A stretch of DNA of 64,000 bases. Source: Macrostomum lignano (Eukaryota). The notes beneath the pieces were generated by a model that had not been told where the DNA came from, did no database searches, and saw only the letters and a list, made by a program, of their open reading frames with translations. Location of the stretch: positions 372,001 to 436,000 of the forward strand of contig NIVC01000616.1 in assembly GCA_002269645.1 (NCBI GenBank). Direction: 5' to 3'. Each line of letters begins with the position of its first letter. Position 1 is the stretch's first letter. This document shows, piece after piece, positions 1-22,650 of the stretch. A program made the translations under genes and the position numbers.

Positions 1-1
1 G

Positions 2-1388
2 AAGCCGGGAGCTGCAGGTAACGGCGAAGGTGCCCAAGAAGGCTCGGCTGTCGCGGCAGTCACGGAGGCTGACCGTGACGTCACGAAGCGGCTGGTGTAC
101 GCCACTATGTACGGGGCCTGCCAGCAGAAGCTCACAGAGATCCTGTCCACTGCTGTCAGCATTGGCCAGGTGCGAGATGAGTGGCCGAGCGGGAGGGAAG
201 GGTAGAGGGAGCGGAAAGAGAGCGGATGGATAGGGAGGGGAGAAAGCGTATAGATGGGGAGAGGGAGACAGCGGATAGATGGGGAGAGGGAGACAGCGGA
301 TAGATGGGGAGAGGGAGACAGCGGATAGATGGGGAGAGGGAGACAGCGGATAGATGGGGAGGGGAGAAAGCGTATAGATGGGGAGAGGGAGACAGCGGAT
401 AGATGGGGAGAGGGAGACAGCGGATAGATGGGGAGAGGGAGACAGCGGATAGATGGGGAGAGGGAGACAGCGGATAGATGGGGATGAGGAGACAGCGGAT
501 AGATGAGGAGGGGAGACAGCGGATAGATGAGGAGGGGAGACAGCGGATAGATGGGAGGAGAGAGCGGATAGATGGGGAGGGGGAGAGAGCGGATAGATGG
601 GGAGGGGAGAGAGCGGATAGATGGGGATGAGGAGAGAGCGGATAGATGGGGACGGGGGGAGAGAGCGGGTAGATAGGGAGGGGGAGAGAGCGGATGGATA
701 GAGAGAGGAGAGAGCGGATAGATGGGAGGGGGGAGAGGAGAGAGCGGATTAATGGTACGTGTAATTTCTCGAGCCGCAGTTGCACCGCAGCCCTACCGCT
801 TCCTCCCTCTCGCCAGGTGAAGCGGATGTACGAAGCCCTGCAGCGCAGCTGGCCGACCCCGTTCGAATATTTCCGCCGGGTCACCCGGCAGGCGGCCACC
901 GACCGCACAGTCGCCACCCTGATGGGCCGGCGGCGCACCTTCGCGGATATCGACAGCCCCGTGCCGTCGGCGAGGGCGCGAGCCCAGCGCCAGGCTGTGA
1001 ATTTCACAATTCAGGTGGGGGCTTGGGCATCAAACTCGACCGTTGCTCAATTAATGGACACTTAATTCCCACTTTTATGTGAATATCTGCCTCGCCTGTC
1101 AGATTACAACCTCCGCTGAATCCCCGACCCCCGCAGGGCAGCGCGGCCGACCTGTGCAAGCTGGCGATGCTGAGCTGCTGGGAGGCCGCCAACGCCTCGC
1201 CAGAGCTGCGCGACGCCCGTCTGGTGCTGCACCTGCACGACGAGCTGGTGTGGGAGGTGGCGGCCTCGCGGGCCGAGCTCGCAGCCGCAGAATTCGGCCG
1301 AGTGATGGAGGGCCTGGCGGAGCGGATCGGGCTGGCCGTGCCGCTTAGGGTGCGCACTCGCTGCGGCGCTGACCTGGCATTTAAATAA
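2..1388 (+). CDS. POLN: DNA polymerase nu (A-family) C-terminal exons: <2..169, 817..1014, 1137..1388; 5' part outside window
   Basis: Spliced translation gives VTEADRDVTKRLVYATMYGA (motif B, very like Pol nu THADREQTKKVVYAVVYGA), MGRRR...RARAQRQAVNFTIQ|GSAADLCKLAM and motif C LHLHDELVWEV. Both introns are GT..AG and phase 0. Confidence 0.85.
217..745. repeat. 25-bp purine-rich minisatellite (AGCGGATAGATGGGGAGAGGGAGAC) in POLN intron 170..816
   Basis: Direct tandem copies with period 25 (e.g. 270, 295). Confidence 0.95.
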
Positions 1389-2069
1389 CTTTTTTCTGCG
1401 ACCATGTGCTAAGCATTCTACTGCTTCTGCGTAGCAGTAGTAGTGTGCAAAAATGCGAGTACTTTTCTTGCTGAATTGATTAAAAAAAGTTTTAAAAATA
1501 CTGCAGATAAATCTGTTGATTCAAATGTAGAAGAAACAGTTCACTTTTTGAGCCGTTAAATGCTTTTGGTTTTCTAAAGTTTTTTTGGAAATGTTTTTAC
1601 TGTTGTTTTTTGTTTTTGCTTCTTTATCTCGGCATTTTATTTTCACTTGCCAATTTCCTACAGAATTTCCTACAGTCCAAATAAATTACGGCATTCACGA
1701 AAGCACGGAGATGGCCGGCTCGCAATTGAAATCGGCAGTTAAAAAGGCGACAGCGAAAGGCGCTCCTCGATCAAAAAGTCGAACGCCTGTCTGCCTCTGA
1801 ATAAATAGCTGAATAATATTTGTATTTATTATTTTTTACTTTTCATTTAGGAGCAAACGCACTCTTGTGATAAATAAAATACAAGCTGGATGGCTTAAAA
1901 CCGTTACTACTTGCTAGAGTCACAACTGGTTTGTTATGGCAGGGAAAAAGAATAAGGGAAATACTCGTAGACGAAAGTGCAGAACTGACTACTCTTCCTG
2001 CTTTTATCAGCAGGTGCTGAAATATTTCTGTACATTTTGAAGTACGTCACGGGGTTTGGGAGTCTTGTC

Positions 2070-2952
2070 GGGAACGAGTGTACATTGGGGTGAGTGGGGC
2101 TGGGCTGGTCGGGAGCGAGTGTACATTGGGGTGAGTGGGGCTGGGCTGGTCGGGAGCGAGTGTACATTGGGGTGAGTGGGGCTGGCTGGTCGGGAGCGAG
2201 TGTACATTGGGGTGAGTGGGGCTGGGCTGGTCGGGAGCGAGTGTACATTGGGGTGAGTGGGGTTGGGCTGGTCGGGAGCGAGTGTACATTGGGGTGAGTG
2301 GGGCTGGGCGGATCGGGAGCGAGTGTACATTGGGGTGAGTGGGGCTGGGCTGGTCGGGAGCGAGTGTACATTGGGGTGAGTGGGGCTGGGCTGGTCGGGA
2401 GCGAGTGTACATTGGGGTGAGTGGGGCTGGGCTGGTCGGGAGCGAGTGTACATTGGGGTGAGTGGGGCTGGGCGGATCGGGAGCGAGTGTACATTGGGGT
2501 GAGTGGGGCTGGGCTGGTCGGGAGCGAGTGTACATTGGGGTGAGTGGGGCTGGGCTGGTCGGGAGCGAGTGTACATTGGGGTGAGTGGGGCTGGGCTGGT
2601 CGGGAGCGAGTGTACATTGGGGTGAGTGGGGCTGGGCTGGTCGGGAGCGAGTGTACATTGGGGTGAGTGGGGCTGGGCTGGTCGGGAGCGAGTGTACATT
2701 GGGGTGAGTGGGGCTGGGCTGGTCGGGAGCGAGTGTACATTGGGGTGAGTGGGGCTGGGCTGGTCGGGAGCGAGTGTACATTGGGGTGAGTGGGGCTGGG
2801 CTGGTCGGGAGCGAGTGTACATTGGGGTGAGTGGGGCTGGGCTGGTCGGGAGCGAGTGTACATTGGGGTGAGTGGGGCTGGGCTGGTCGGGAGCGAGTGT
2901 ACATTGGGGTGAGTGGGGCCGGGCGGATCGGGAGCGAGTGTACATTGGGGTG
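2070..2952. repeat. 41-bp minisatellite (CGGGAGCGAGTGTACATTGGGGTGAGTGGGGCTGGGCTGGT), about 21 copies
   Basis: Near-identical tandem units with period 41. Confidence 0.97.
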
Positions 2953-3999
2953 GCTGTATTTCTTTAAAAAGCGACTGTACAAAGTAACGAAATAGAGAGC
3001 TAATGAGCTTGAGTAGTACACATGTACTTTAGTACGATAAGAAAATAAATAAGTAGACCCAAAAATATAATCTTTAATGCCATAAAATGAAATATTTTCA
3101 TTAAATTTCAGGGGCAATATTTGCTAGCAGGAGACTGACAAGACTGACTTGCTCAGATATCAGTGTTGGATACGAACAATAAATTCACATTTCTATCCGA
3201 TAGAGGCTAAAAGACGAGCAGTTCTAGAGTAGTCAGTAGAACTGTGATCAATTTTTACAGATCAAACAAACACAAATAGTTGACCCAGTACGATAATAAA
3301 TGTACCGCTACAAGAAAGATTCACAGTGTTTTTACATTCACAGTTTAGTTCGTCACAAACTACTCATAGTAGATAATAAAGAGAAGCATACAATGCTGAA
3401 TGAGCTTGGTGCAAAGGTGTTTATTCAAATTAAATAGACCAGCGCATGCACGCACAGATAAATGGGTTTGATTCATTATACAGAGCAGGGTCCGCGCAGC
3501 TTCAATAATTATATTCGACATATTTCATAGGCATACTACTATATCTAGCAGCATGAGTAGTATTTATGCAAATTAGAGTTAGCCCAACTTCCTTTATAGG
3601 GGTTAAATTTTTAACATAACCAAGAATGAAATAAATGAATGAAATTTTAGACAAGGGAAAATGACAGTAGAAAGCGAAAGCTGGTTTGGCGAATCAAATT
3701 TTAAACGAATCAGCCTCACTATTGCCTATTGGTGGTCGTTAAAAACACAACAACAGAAGAACACAGAAGAAAGTCGAGTTGGCAAACACAGGCGCTGGGA
3801 TTGGGATATGCAGACATTAGAGCTGGGAAATCTAAGGTTAACAGGCTGGTTGCCGGGGAGAGGCAGCGGGAGACAGGCTTGGTTAGTTCGGTCACCTCTC
3901 CGGCCTGTCAGTTTGCAGTTAAACACAAGGAAAAATGTATAATATTGTAATTAATTTGGGTCTGTAATTCTGGCCTGGTACCGCCGGGTCTCCGGGGCC

Positions 4000-13175
<9,176 letters not shown>

Positions 13176-15142
13176 TGCGGCAAGAGCAGTAGTGATAAAA
13201 TTTATTGCAATTAAATTACACTATTTTATTCACTTTCAGAGGCTATGACATAAAACATTAAATTCTATATTTTTTCTTCTTAAAATAAAAAATGTACTTT
13301 AAAAAAACTCCAAAAGGCTTTTTTATTTGAAATACATTTCTTTGTATGCTTTTACTCATATAAATTCATATTCATTAAGTCTGACAAATTTGAAGCAATT
13401 TTTAGGGCCATTTGAAATTCATAATCTTTAATTTTCCTAAAGATTCATATATTAACAATAAGCCTAAATCTAATTAAATCTAATCTAATAAGGCTAATTA
13501 TGATTTTTATGGCATGATAACATGGGATTAAAGATATTTGACAAAGACTTTAGTGAAATATTTGAAGTGATTTTTAGCAATCTTTCTATTCCATTAAATA
13601 AATCTCATTTGCCTTTGAAACAAGCAAATGTTGGTCAATAAATAAAAACATTACTTATTTACTATGAAGCTGAAAGGGCTATTTTGAGTAAAGTTTATTA
13701 GTCAAATATAAGAACAAGACTCTGATGCAAGTCTGAGAGCTCTGCTTAGTGCCATGGCTATGTTAGCTATGCCTAGTAATACTATTCTATTACTAGTATA
13801 ATAAAGTAGCAAGTCAATTTGCCAAAAGTTGATTTGTTGAAAGTAGGTTGTTTTACTAAAAGTTGTTGTTTTGTCAAACAAATAAATAACAAACAAATAT
13901 CAATGAGAAAATATATATAAACAATGAACAATGTTTATTTTATCTCGTATATGTTTGTTTTGTTTAAAATTGCTATTTAACAATCCAAACACCCTGCCTG
14001 CAGCTAGTGAATCAATAGTAATTAGTCATAAGTCCAATGCAATGGGGCAAGGAAGGTGAAGAATAGGGTAAAGGTAAAGATGGCTACTATATTAGGCAAA
14101 ATTGGGAAAGAAGTCTCTCAATACATATTGGCTTAACTATCATGTAGCCTATAAGTATCAATAGTAGATTGTTGTACAAAATTATTTTTTCCATTTTTAT
14201 ACAATTAAAAAAATTGCACTAGCAAAAGGGTATTCCAAAATTGATAGAGGCCTAATGGATTAAAATATTCTCAGCAATGACAACCAAAAAATTGAACTTA
14301 AGACCTTTAGACCATTAGCCTAAGTATTATAAATTAATTGAATTGGTGGATATCAGTTTGCTAATCAGGTTTTCTGCAAGACTTTTGGCAAAAAGATATT
14401 TGGTAAATTGACTTTTAGCAAAAAATTCCATGAATCATTTAGTATTTATATATTAAAATAGTAATCATATTATTATAGTAGTGGTTCTAAATTTGTTATG
14501 TAATTAGGCATATTTTAATTCTAAAAATTATTAGTATTTTATTGGTAATAATTTTAATCCCTAATAAAAACTTTTTAATAAGATTGTTTGTTTAAATATG
14601 CTAGTTGTTTTCATTAAAGCAAATTTTTATTTTAACTAATAAAGCTATTTTTGTTTTAAAACAAAGTTTGTTTTAGTCACAATTTTGTTAGCCAATGGGA
14701 CATTTTTGATAATATAAATAGAAGTGAAATTGATGCAAAACAAATTTCAACCTTGGAAATTAGCTTGAACAGTTAACTTTTTTTCAGTTCAAAATAAAAC
14801 ACAAGTCAGTCTTTCTATCTTAGTTATTTGAAGTAAGAAATAAGTCAATGATTGTCAAATAAAGCAAGATTGTGAGGTAGAAAAGCTTTATTAGAGAGAC
14901 TAAGGGCATTTTGCTAATTAAGCAAATGATTATTGAATAGAATGTCTTAGAAAAATAAGAAAGGCAGAGTGCCTAGTAAAAAGAGGGGATTCCCCAGAAG
15001 TAAACATAGACTGTTATAGCTGAAATAGCATGATGCAATGTTAAGTTGAGATAGATAGTGCTGAAAAGCTACAAAGCTAAAGACCCCTTAGTCATTGGTA
15101 ATGCCATATTAGGTAATTTAAAATTAGTGATTAGTAGTCAAT

Positions 15143-16241
15143 GATAATAGCTAAAGTTCTAATACCAGAACCTGTTTTCTAATGGCTATGGATCTGGCAG
15201 TCTTCTATAGGCAGTTATCTACTAATGAAATCTTTGAACATTAGGTCTAAATATCTCTGTTTTGAATCTATCATTTGATTTTGATTTTATCTTAAGGCTC
15301 ATTCCATATAAGATGGACATATTTGGAAAATAGAAAAAAGTCAATATTTTTGCTTGCCATTGCCTAATTAGCCTATTTTTTTACCAAATGTTTATATTGT
15401 GCAATATATACAATCTAAGAATAAAGGAATGGTAAAATGTTGGATTAGTATGTTATCAATTGGCAAAAAGTCATTTTTGTAAAAATTTGGACATTTTTCG
15501 AAGCAAAAGACATCATTAAGATTTTGTACCTTTTAAAAACAAATAGAAAGCTTTTGAAGGTTGAAACAAACTATAGATAAAAGTATAGTACTTGCATCAT
15601 CAGATAAAAGCATTGGTGACCAAATAATCTATTATATTTTTAATGTATTAGTACCTCAAAGTTACTGAATTGACAGAAAAAAATATGTTACGACCATAAT
15701 GTTACGACCATAAGGCTGCCTTTTCTTTTGTATCTTTGTTGCCTTTTGAGTTTATATATTCTAATAAAAGAGTATGATTTCTAAAGATGTTCTTAGTCAA
15801 ATTTTAAAAATGTATTGCAAAATATCAAAAATGAAAAATGTTATTTAAGACTTTTACCTTTTAGTTTCTATATGTCAAAAATCCTGTTGTTACGACCATA
15901 AGTGTCATTTAAGGTTTAATAGCATCTATACTAATGATGATATCTATATGAAACTCTATAAATATATTCTAGACAAAATAATCTTTCATTTAAAATATTG
16001 GTTTAGTATATTCTATTATTAGATTTCATTTTATAAGTAAAAATAACCTGTCATGTTACGACCATGCTTATATGGAATGAGCCTTAAACAAAATCTCAAT
16101 ATCAACCACCCATTGAAAAGTAAAATGTTTCTACTATACTATTATTATATCTATAAATTGCACTATTGGAATACCACTGCTAGATCCATAGGCTTAGCCA
16201 TTAGAAAATGGGTTTCAGTGCTAGAACTCTAGCCATTGCTA
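15143..16241. mobile_element. Decayed non-autonomous TIR element (MITE 'B')
   Basis: Long degenerate TIRs (consensus GGCAATGGCTAGAGTTCCGGCACCGGAACCCGTTTTCTAA), flanked by TAGTCAAT at 15135..15142 and 16242..16249. Four internal GTTACGACCAT motifs. Confidence 0.7.
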
Positions 16242-16249
16242 TAGTCAAT

Positions 16250-16776
16250 CCATGGTCAGGAAGGTGCAGCGTGTGCGCCGGAATAACATCCATCAAAATT
16301 TTTGTTGTGCGCCGCGTGCGCCGAGAAAAAAAATTACTTGTGCGCCATGCGCCGAGAAAAATACACTTGAAAAAGCACCATCAAGTATTAAGTATCTAAA
16401 TTGAATCAATATCAATGGAAGTTCAAGCAGTTCAATCATGGCTTCTATTTGCAAAATATAAGCAAAAAGACGCAACAAAAGCCGCGAAAGGCGCAAATTT
16501 GTTAAGTTTGTTAAGTCGATTAATGAAATTTGAAATAGAAACAACATTGGAAATAACGACTATCGTATCGACTATCGTTTATTTTATTGATTGATTGACA
16601 TTTAATATACGTTTTTTTATTATTCATTATTATATTGTCACGTACACTGACGCACCGAGCCATGCGCCGATGCGCCAAGCCCATGCGCGCGGCGCAGTGA
16701 AGTGTGCGCCGTGCGCCGGCAAATTGCTGATTTGCGCCGGAAAATTCCGAGGATTCTACCGTCTTCCTGGCTGTGG
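16250..16776. mobile_element. Young CpG-rich MITE ('C') with subterminal TGCGCC motif clusters
   Basis: TIR CCATGGTCAGGAAG versus reverse complement CCACAGCCAGGAAG (11/14). Perfect 8-bp TSD TAGTCAAT at 16242..16249 and 16777..16784. About 10 TGCGCC motifs near both ends. Confidence 0.75.
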
Positions 16777-17640
16777 TAGTCAATAGTGTTTTATTGCTCA
16801 AGCACTAGAGTCTAGAGCTACCAGGGTAAATTGTTCTGACAATAGCCCATATATATATAGTAAAAGATTCATAATATATTGAGTTAACAGAGATAAAATA
16901 AGGTCAAATAAGTAACTTAATAATATCAACTTAGTGGCCTTAGTAGGATAGAATAGGCCTAGCCTAGCTAAGAGTAAATATAGGCCCTATATGTAACAAC
17001 TTGGTAGCTAACTGATAGAATTTTGATAAAATAGAAGAAAAGCCCTTATAAAACTTAATGGCATTTGTAGGATTTTCATAGAAAGGGTTAGGCCTAATAC
17101 TAGGCCTAATAGCATTATTATAGTTAGGTGACTTTAATATAATAGGCCCTAGAAAAGAAAATCATTGGCTTAGAACCTTAGGTTATATTAAAAACTAGCC
17201 CTAAATGAAAAGATAATAATCTAACTTCAAGTCTTTATTTTATTTGTTAGGGATTCAAGATAGGCCTTATTATATATATACAGTATATAGGCCTAGTATT
17301 ATTTATTATAGGCCTAGGCCAATGCTCAGAAATAAATGACAATACTAATAGTAATAGATAGCAATAAAGGTTTATGCAAAAATACTAGGCCTAGCTAGAG
17401 TTTCCCTATTTTTATTCATGAAGATTTGGGTTTTATTTAGGTCAAGTTTATAACTTAGATCTCAAAAGGCTCATTGCATTGCATTAGCCTATGTGAAATT
17501 GGATTAGGCCCTAGGGTCTAAGGCCTAAAATTGGCTAAGTTGGGCCTAGGTTAGATATTCAAAATAGCTTTGTGGTTTGGCATTAAAGCCAAAACCCCTC
17601 GCCTCAGGCTGCTGCTGCCTGCCCTCCCGCCTGTTCTGCA

Positions 17641-17923
17641 AAGGTAATGGCTAGAATTCTGGCACCGGAACCCGTTTTCTAACAGCTAGGGATCCGGCAG
17701 TGCTGTATAGAAGCATATAAAGACTGCTAAGAAGAACATATCTTAAGAAGTCTGAATATTAGAAGCATCTTATCCCGAATCTTATCATATCATCTTAAAT
17801 TTTAATCTAGAACAAAATCTCAATATCAGCCACCTATAAAAAGAAAAATATAATGTTCTATCTATATTAGGCCCTATGGGTTCTAAAAATGGGTTCCGGT
17901 GCCGGAACTCTAGCCATTGCCTT
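17641..17923. mobile_element. Short deletion derivative ('A') of the MITE B family
   Basis: About 42-bp TIRs AAGGTAATGGCTAGAATTCTGGCACCGGAACCCGTTTTCTAA and their inverse at 17881..17923. Internal AACAAAATCTCAATATC is shared with B (near 16087). Confidence 0.75.
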
Positions 17924-18837
17924 CTGTGAACGCCTGCGCGCAAGGGGCCTCCCCTCTGCGTCTTAATATATATAGGCCCTATATATAATTAAAGCCAAGG
18001 GATTAGGCCCTATGACTTGGATAGGCCCCTAGAAGAATCACTAGGCTATGATGACCCATTGCCCAGTATTGGCCATAGCATAGTGCATGACATGACCTGC
18101 AGGCATACAAAATTTATCTCAGGACTCAAAGCTATGTTCTGACATAATACTGGCGATGGCGCACCCTGAATCCTGATATTTACTGGCGAACGCCGAACAC
18201 TACATCGGCACTTTGCTAAAAAACATCAAGCAACAATCCATAATCACATCCATGGAATAGCTGACGTGAAGTGAAGTGAAACCCACTTAGGTAGAGTGAT
18301 GTGCTATATAGAAATGGCGCCTGACGGTAACTTGGTATAAATTTATTTTTGGCCTACTACCGCCCGGGTCAGTCAGGCAGTCACGGTGTTATTTGTTTCC
18401 AGCTTCTGCAACTAGAATTTCAATAATTTTTTTGTTTCAGAAATAATATAAAAATGCATTTATCAAGTTATTTTTTACAACATACGTTTCAAAAAGGAAT
18501 TGTACTTAAGTTTTGCTTAACTGTGTTAACACAGGAGAAAACGAATTTTACGCACGAAAGCGCTAATAAGGGGAGCGTCACAGCGAGCGTACGTAAACTG
18601 AGCGGCGTACCTGTACAAGTGGTTGCCGATTTATTGGTTCAAATTGACATTAGAATTGAAGTCGGCAGCTAGTCTGCGTTCGCTATGAAAAAATGCAGGT
18701 AGTAGCAGCTACAGTACAGCAATAATGCTCGACCCATGTCGTCGATGTCTACATACATGTATACATGTATATTAAATTAATTGAACTTGCAATTGTACGT
18801 AGGCACGAGTGTGTAGTACTCGTAGTAGTCCGTTTAG

Positions 18838-19704
18838 CAGTGGCGGACTTAGGGGGGAAGGCGCATAGGGCACGCCCCCCGTCGAGTTAGAATTTTTTAA
18901 TTTTTTACATGGAAAAATCAAGGACGACTTAAGTAGAAGGACGGGAAACCTCGTTTCTTAGAAAATTTTTGAAGGCACTTTTTCCCGAAAAAATACACTG
19001 CGGAGATAGGAAATTTTCATTTTTTCAGCACAAAAATTGCTATAACTTTTGATAGGAGGCAGATCCAGTGTTGATCTTTTGATATGTTGTGCCTTTTTTA
19101 TTGCTCTATCGATATTTATAAAGCTTTCCGTTCAGAAAATTAGGATTCTATGTTAATTTTTTATTCTACGTATATTTCCTGTATCTAAAAATCACAAAAA
19201 ATGCATGACACAGCTCTAATATTTGGTTTTATGAATCTATTTTATCATCTATGTTACGACTATTTGCTATACAGTCAGGTAAGAAGGATAAAATAGACTC
19301 ATAAAATCAAAGAGCCAAGCCGTGGCATTCTAATGTATTTCAAGCACAAGACACATGAAAATATACGTAGAATAAAAAATTAACATAGAATCCTAATTTT
19401 CTGAACGGAAAGCTTTATAAATATCGATAGAGCAATAAAAAAGGCACAACATATCAAAAGATCAACACTGGATCTGCCTCCTATCAAAAGTTATAGCAAT
19501 TTTTGTGCTGAAAAAATGAAAATTTCCTATCTCCGCAGTGTATTTTTTCGGGAAAAAGTGCCTTCAAAAATTTTCTAAGAAACGAGGTTTCCCGTCCTTC
19601 TACTTAAGTCGTCCTTGGGAAAAATATACACATTATCGTGTTCTGCATATGCATGTACCTTAGTATCTGCGCCCCCCGTTCAAAATTTTCTAAATCCCTA
19701 CCTG
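18838..19704. mobile_element. hAT-like MITE ('D') containing a 259-bp internal inverted repeat
   Basis: Ends CAGTGGCGGACTTAG / CTAAATCCCTACCTG (10/15). Flanks CCGTTTAG / CCGTTCAA (6/8 putative TSD). Arms 18919..19177 and 19359..19617. Confidence 0.65.
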
Positions 19705-19740
19705 CCGTTCAAGGATTAGCGGAATGGGCGTCCGCGCCTT

Positions 19741-20345
<605 letters not shown>

Positions 20346-21197
20346 GCTGTTGTGCTGTTTCGCTTTCTTTTTTTCCGCTTGCTAAATAAGATATAAGATC
20401 TCTGCTGGCTGCATGTAAATTGTACATGTACGCGTATTATACTACTGCAGGCATTCTGCGGCTACTAAAAATGCATCGTGTGCTTCACCTCAGAAGTAAT
20501 TCAGAAGCAGCAGTACCATATGCAATAAATGCTGTCTCCACGCTGGACAAGCATCCTCAATAAGCGGTACCTCGATCTGCATAAAGTACCTATACATTAG
20601 TTGTCTCTGATAAAAAGCTATGCGATGCAATAGTACTCCCAGTCTGTGGCAAACTTTGACAATCTCGGTTGCTGGAAATGTGTCAGTCACGCAAAATCGC
20701 TTAGGGAATTAAACTACTCCCTATAATTGCATTGCTAGGGGGGGGGGCGTAGCCATTAGAGGCAGGGGGGTGCACACAACCCCCCTGCCTGTAAGAAAAA
20801 TAATAATTGCATTGCTAGCTAAAAGCATGTGGAAGGAAAGGCCTGATCTACAGCTGCACAGTGAGAACCTGTCTCGTGTCCGCATCGACTAAAAGCAAAT
20901 TGCAGAGAAATGTAGCTTAATTTTTGGTTTGCCAGTCCAACATTGAAGCCGACCGACGCTGCTAGCTCACACTACCAAAACTGTCAACTCCTGATGTGTT
21001 TAGCAAGCCATTAGCTTGCGTTAGTGACTCACCATCACTTTAATCAGAAACTCTACTGACATGGTATTTAAAGAGACGTTTTACAAGTGGAATGATCCGA
21101 ATTTCACCTGCTGCAGTTGAGACTGGATTGCCGCACATTAGATTACTTTGCCTGAAAAATCAACTGGGCAACTGAAACGCTACAAAGCACTTCAAGG

Positions 21198-22030
21198 ATG
21201 CAGTCAAACATCATCATCTGGATAAGTTTCCTCTGCGGTCTCGCAGCTCTTCTGGCTGTCGCAGCTGCGGAGGTGCCCAGGCCGGCTGTCCAGTTCACCG
21301 CGGCCAGGACGGGCAGCGCTGTCGCTCCGCCAGAGTTTCTATCGCAGCCCGGACTCAGCGAGCGCAGCTGCGGCTTCATGTGCAGCCACAAGCCGGGCTG
21401 CTTCGGCTTCTACTGGCTGCTCGGAGCGTGTCGGCTGTTCGACCTGCAGGCGTTTTACGATGCCAGCGCCTGGGTCAGCACCGGCAAGTGCGACGTCTTC
21501 GTGCTGGGTGCGTTTCTGGTGCTTTCGCTCACTTAGGTTCTTTTTTGTTAATATAACAACTGCTTCTGTAAACTCATTGATTGTATCTTATGAGTATAGA
21601 TACATTTATTGTCTCTCGATCAGATTTCAAGAAGCTGCCGGTTGCGGACTGCAGCCAGAGCTCAACCAGTCCGACATGGTTCTACCCATGCAACAGAGCC
21701 ATCGACGGTAACACGAGCCAGTCTCTGTGGTCCGACTCCTGCTCTCACACTCAGTTCAATGCTAGCGAGTGGTGGGAGGCCGGCTTCACAGCTCCGTCTC
21801 TCGTGTCCTTCGTCACCATCCACAACAGGCAGGACTGCTGCGCTGAGAGGCTCAACAAGTTCGACCTGCTTGTTGACGGGTCCGTGTGCAATCAGGTGAG
21901 GCTCAGCGCTCCGTTCTCCGTGGCCAACTTCACCTGCGGCGCTTTCGGCTCTCGGGTCCGAGTTGTGGCTCGCAGCGACCCGCCACAGGCTCTGACAATC
22001 TGCGAGTTCATGGCCTACGGCTTCTTCTGA
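21198..22030 (+). CDS. Secreted PAN/Apple + F-type (fucose-binding) lectin, FTL1; exons 21198..21507, 21624..22030
   Basis: Signal peptide; C-x3-C-x5-C-x2-F...C module; phase-1 GT..AG intron; F-type lectin domain with AIDGN, CSHT...WW, HNRQDCCAERL (H-x26-RxD-x4-R type motif) and terminal LTICEFMAYG. Confidence 0.85.
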
Positions 22031-22650
22031 TCGAGGAATTCGGAGAAATTCAATGTTGGATCACGGAATGCCCAGTGAAATACCATACTAATTAACAAGT
22101 GGGTTACAAAATAAACATCTAGATTCGAATGTCTGTGTCATAATCACCTGCTGCTATTTTCCAAGTTTTCTAAACGTTTTATCAAGAAGAAATTCAGAGA
22201 ATTCGATCTTCTTTTTCCCTTCTGCCACTTAATTTGACATCGGCTTTATGAGGCTGGTCAATCAAGTTCCATTTATTCAAACTCAGAAATATTGTAATGG
22301 GACATGGGTTATGAAGGATGTACATCTATAGTCAAACTCTCCTCAATACGACTACCAATAAACAACATTTGACTCTCCTGCTTTTTCTGAACGAATTTCA
22401 AGAAAGAAAAGTCAACTCGGCAGAAAATAAATAAGAAAAATCAATGACCAGCAAGTCCAGATCCTGATCAATGTTGCTGTCGGTCGAAACTGCAGCCAAA
22501 AAATTGTTTCTGGATTGCCAATTCATCTAAAAAAATTTTCTGTGTGCAGACACATAATTGTTGTTGGTATAGTCATGAGAATATAGATAAAAAACTGCTT
22601 CAAGTTTCAAAGGCCATACTGTCGGTTGCTGTGAATTGCAATCATTTCAT

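Noticed and set aside
1934-3117. 300-350-aa ORFs over the 41-bp repeat
   Set aside because: Open frames arise from a stop-free repeat unit in all three minus frames.
14020-14400. MQWGKEGEE hint of a YqaJ-like transposon nuclease remnant
   Set aside because: Only one short motif with many stops; downstream signature motifs not found.
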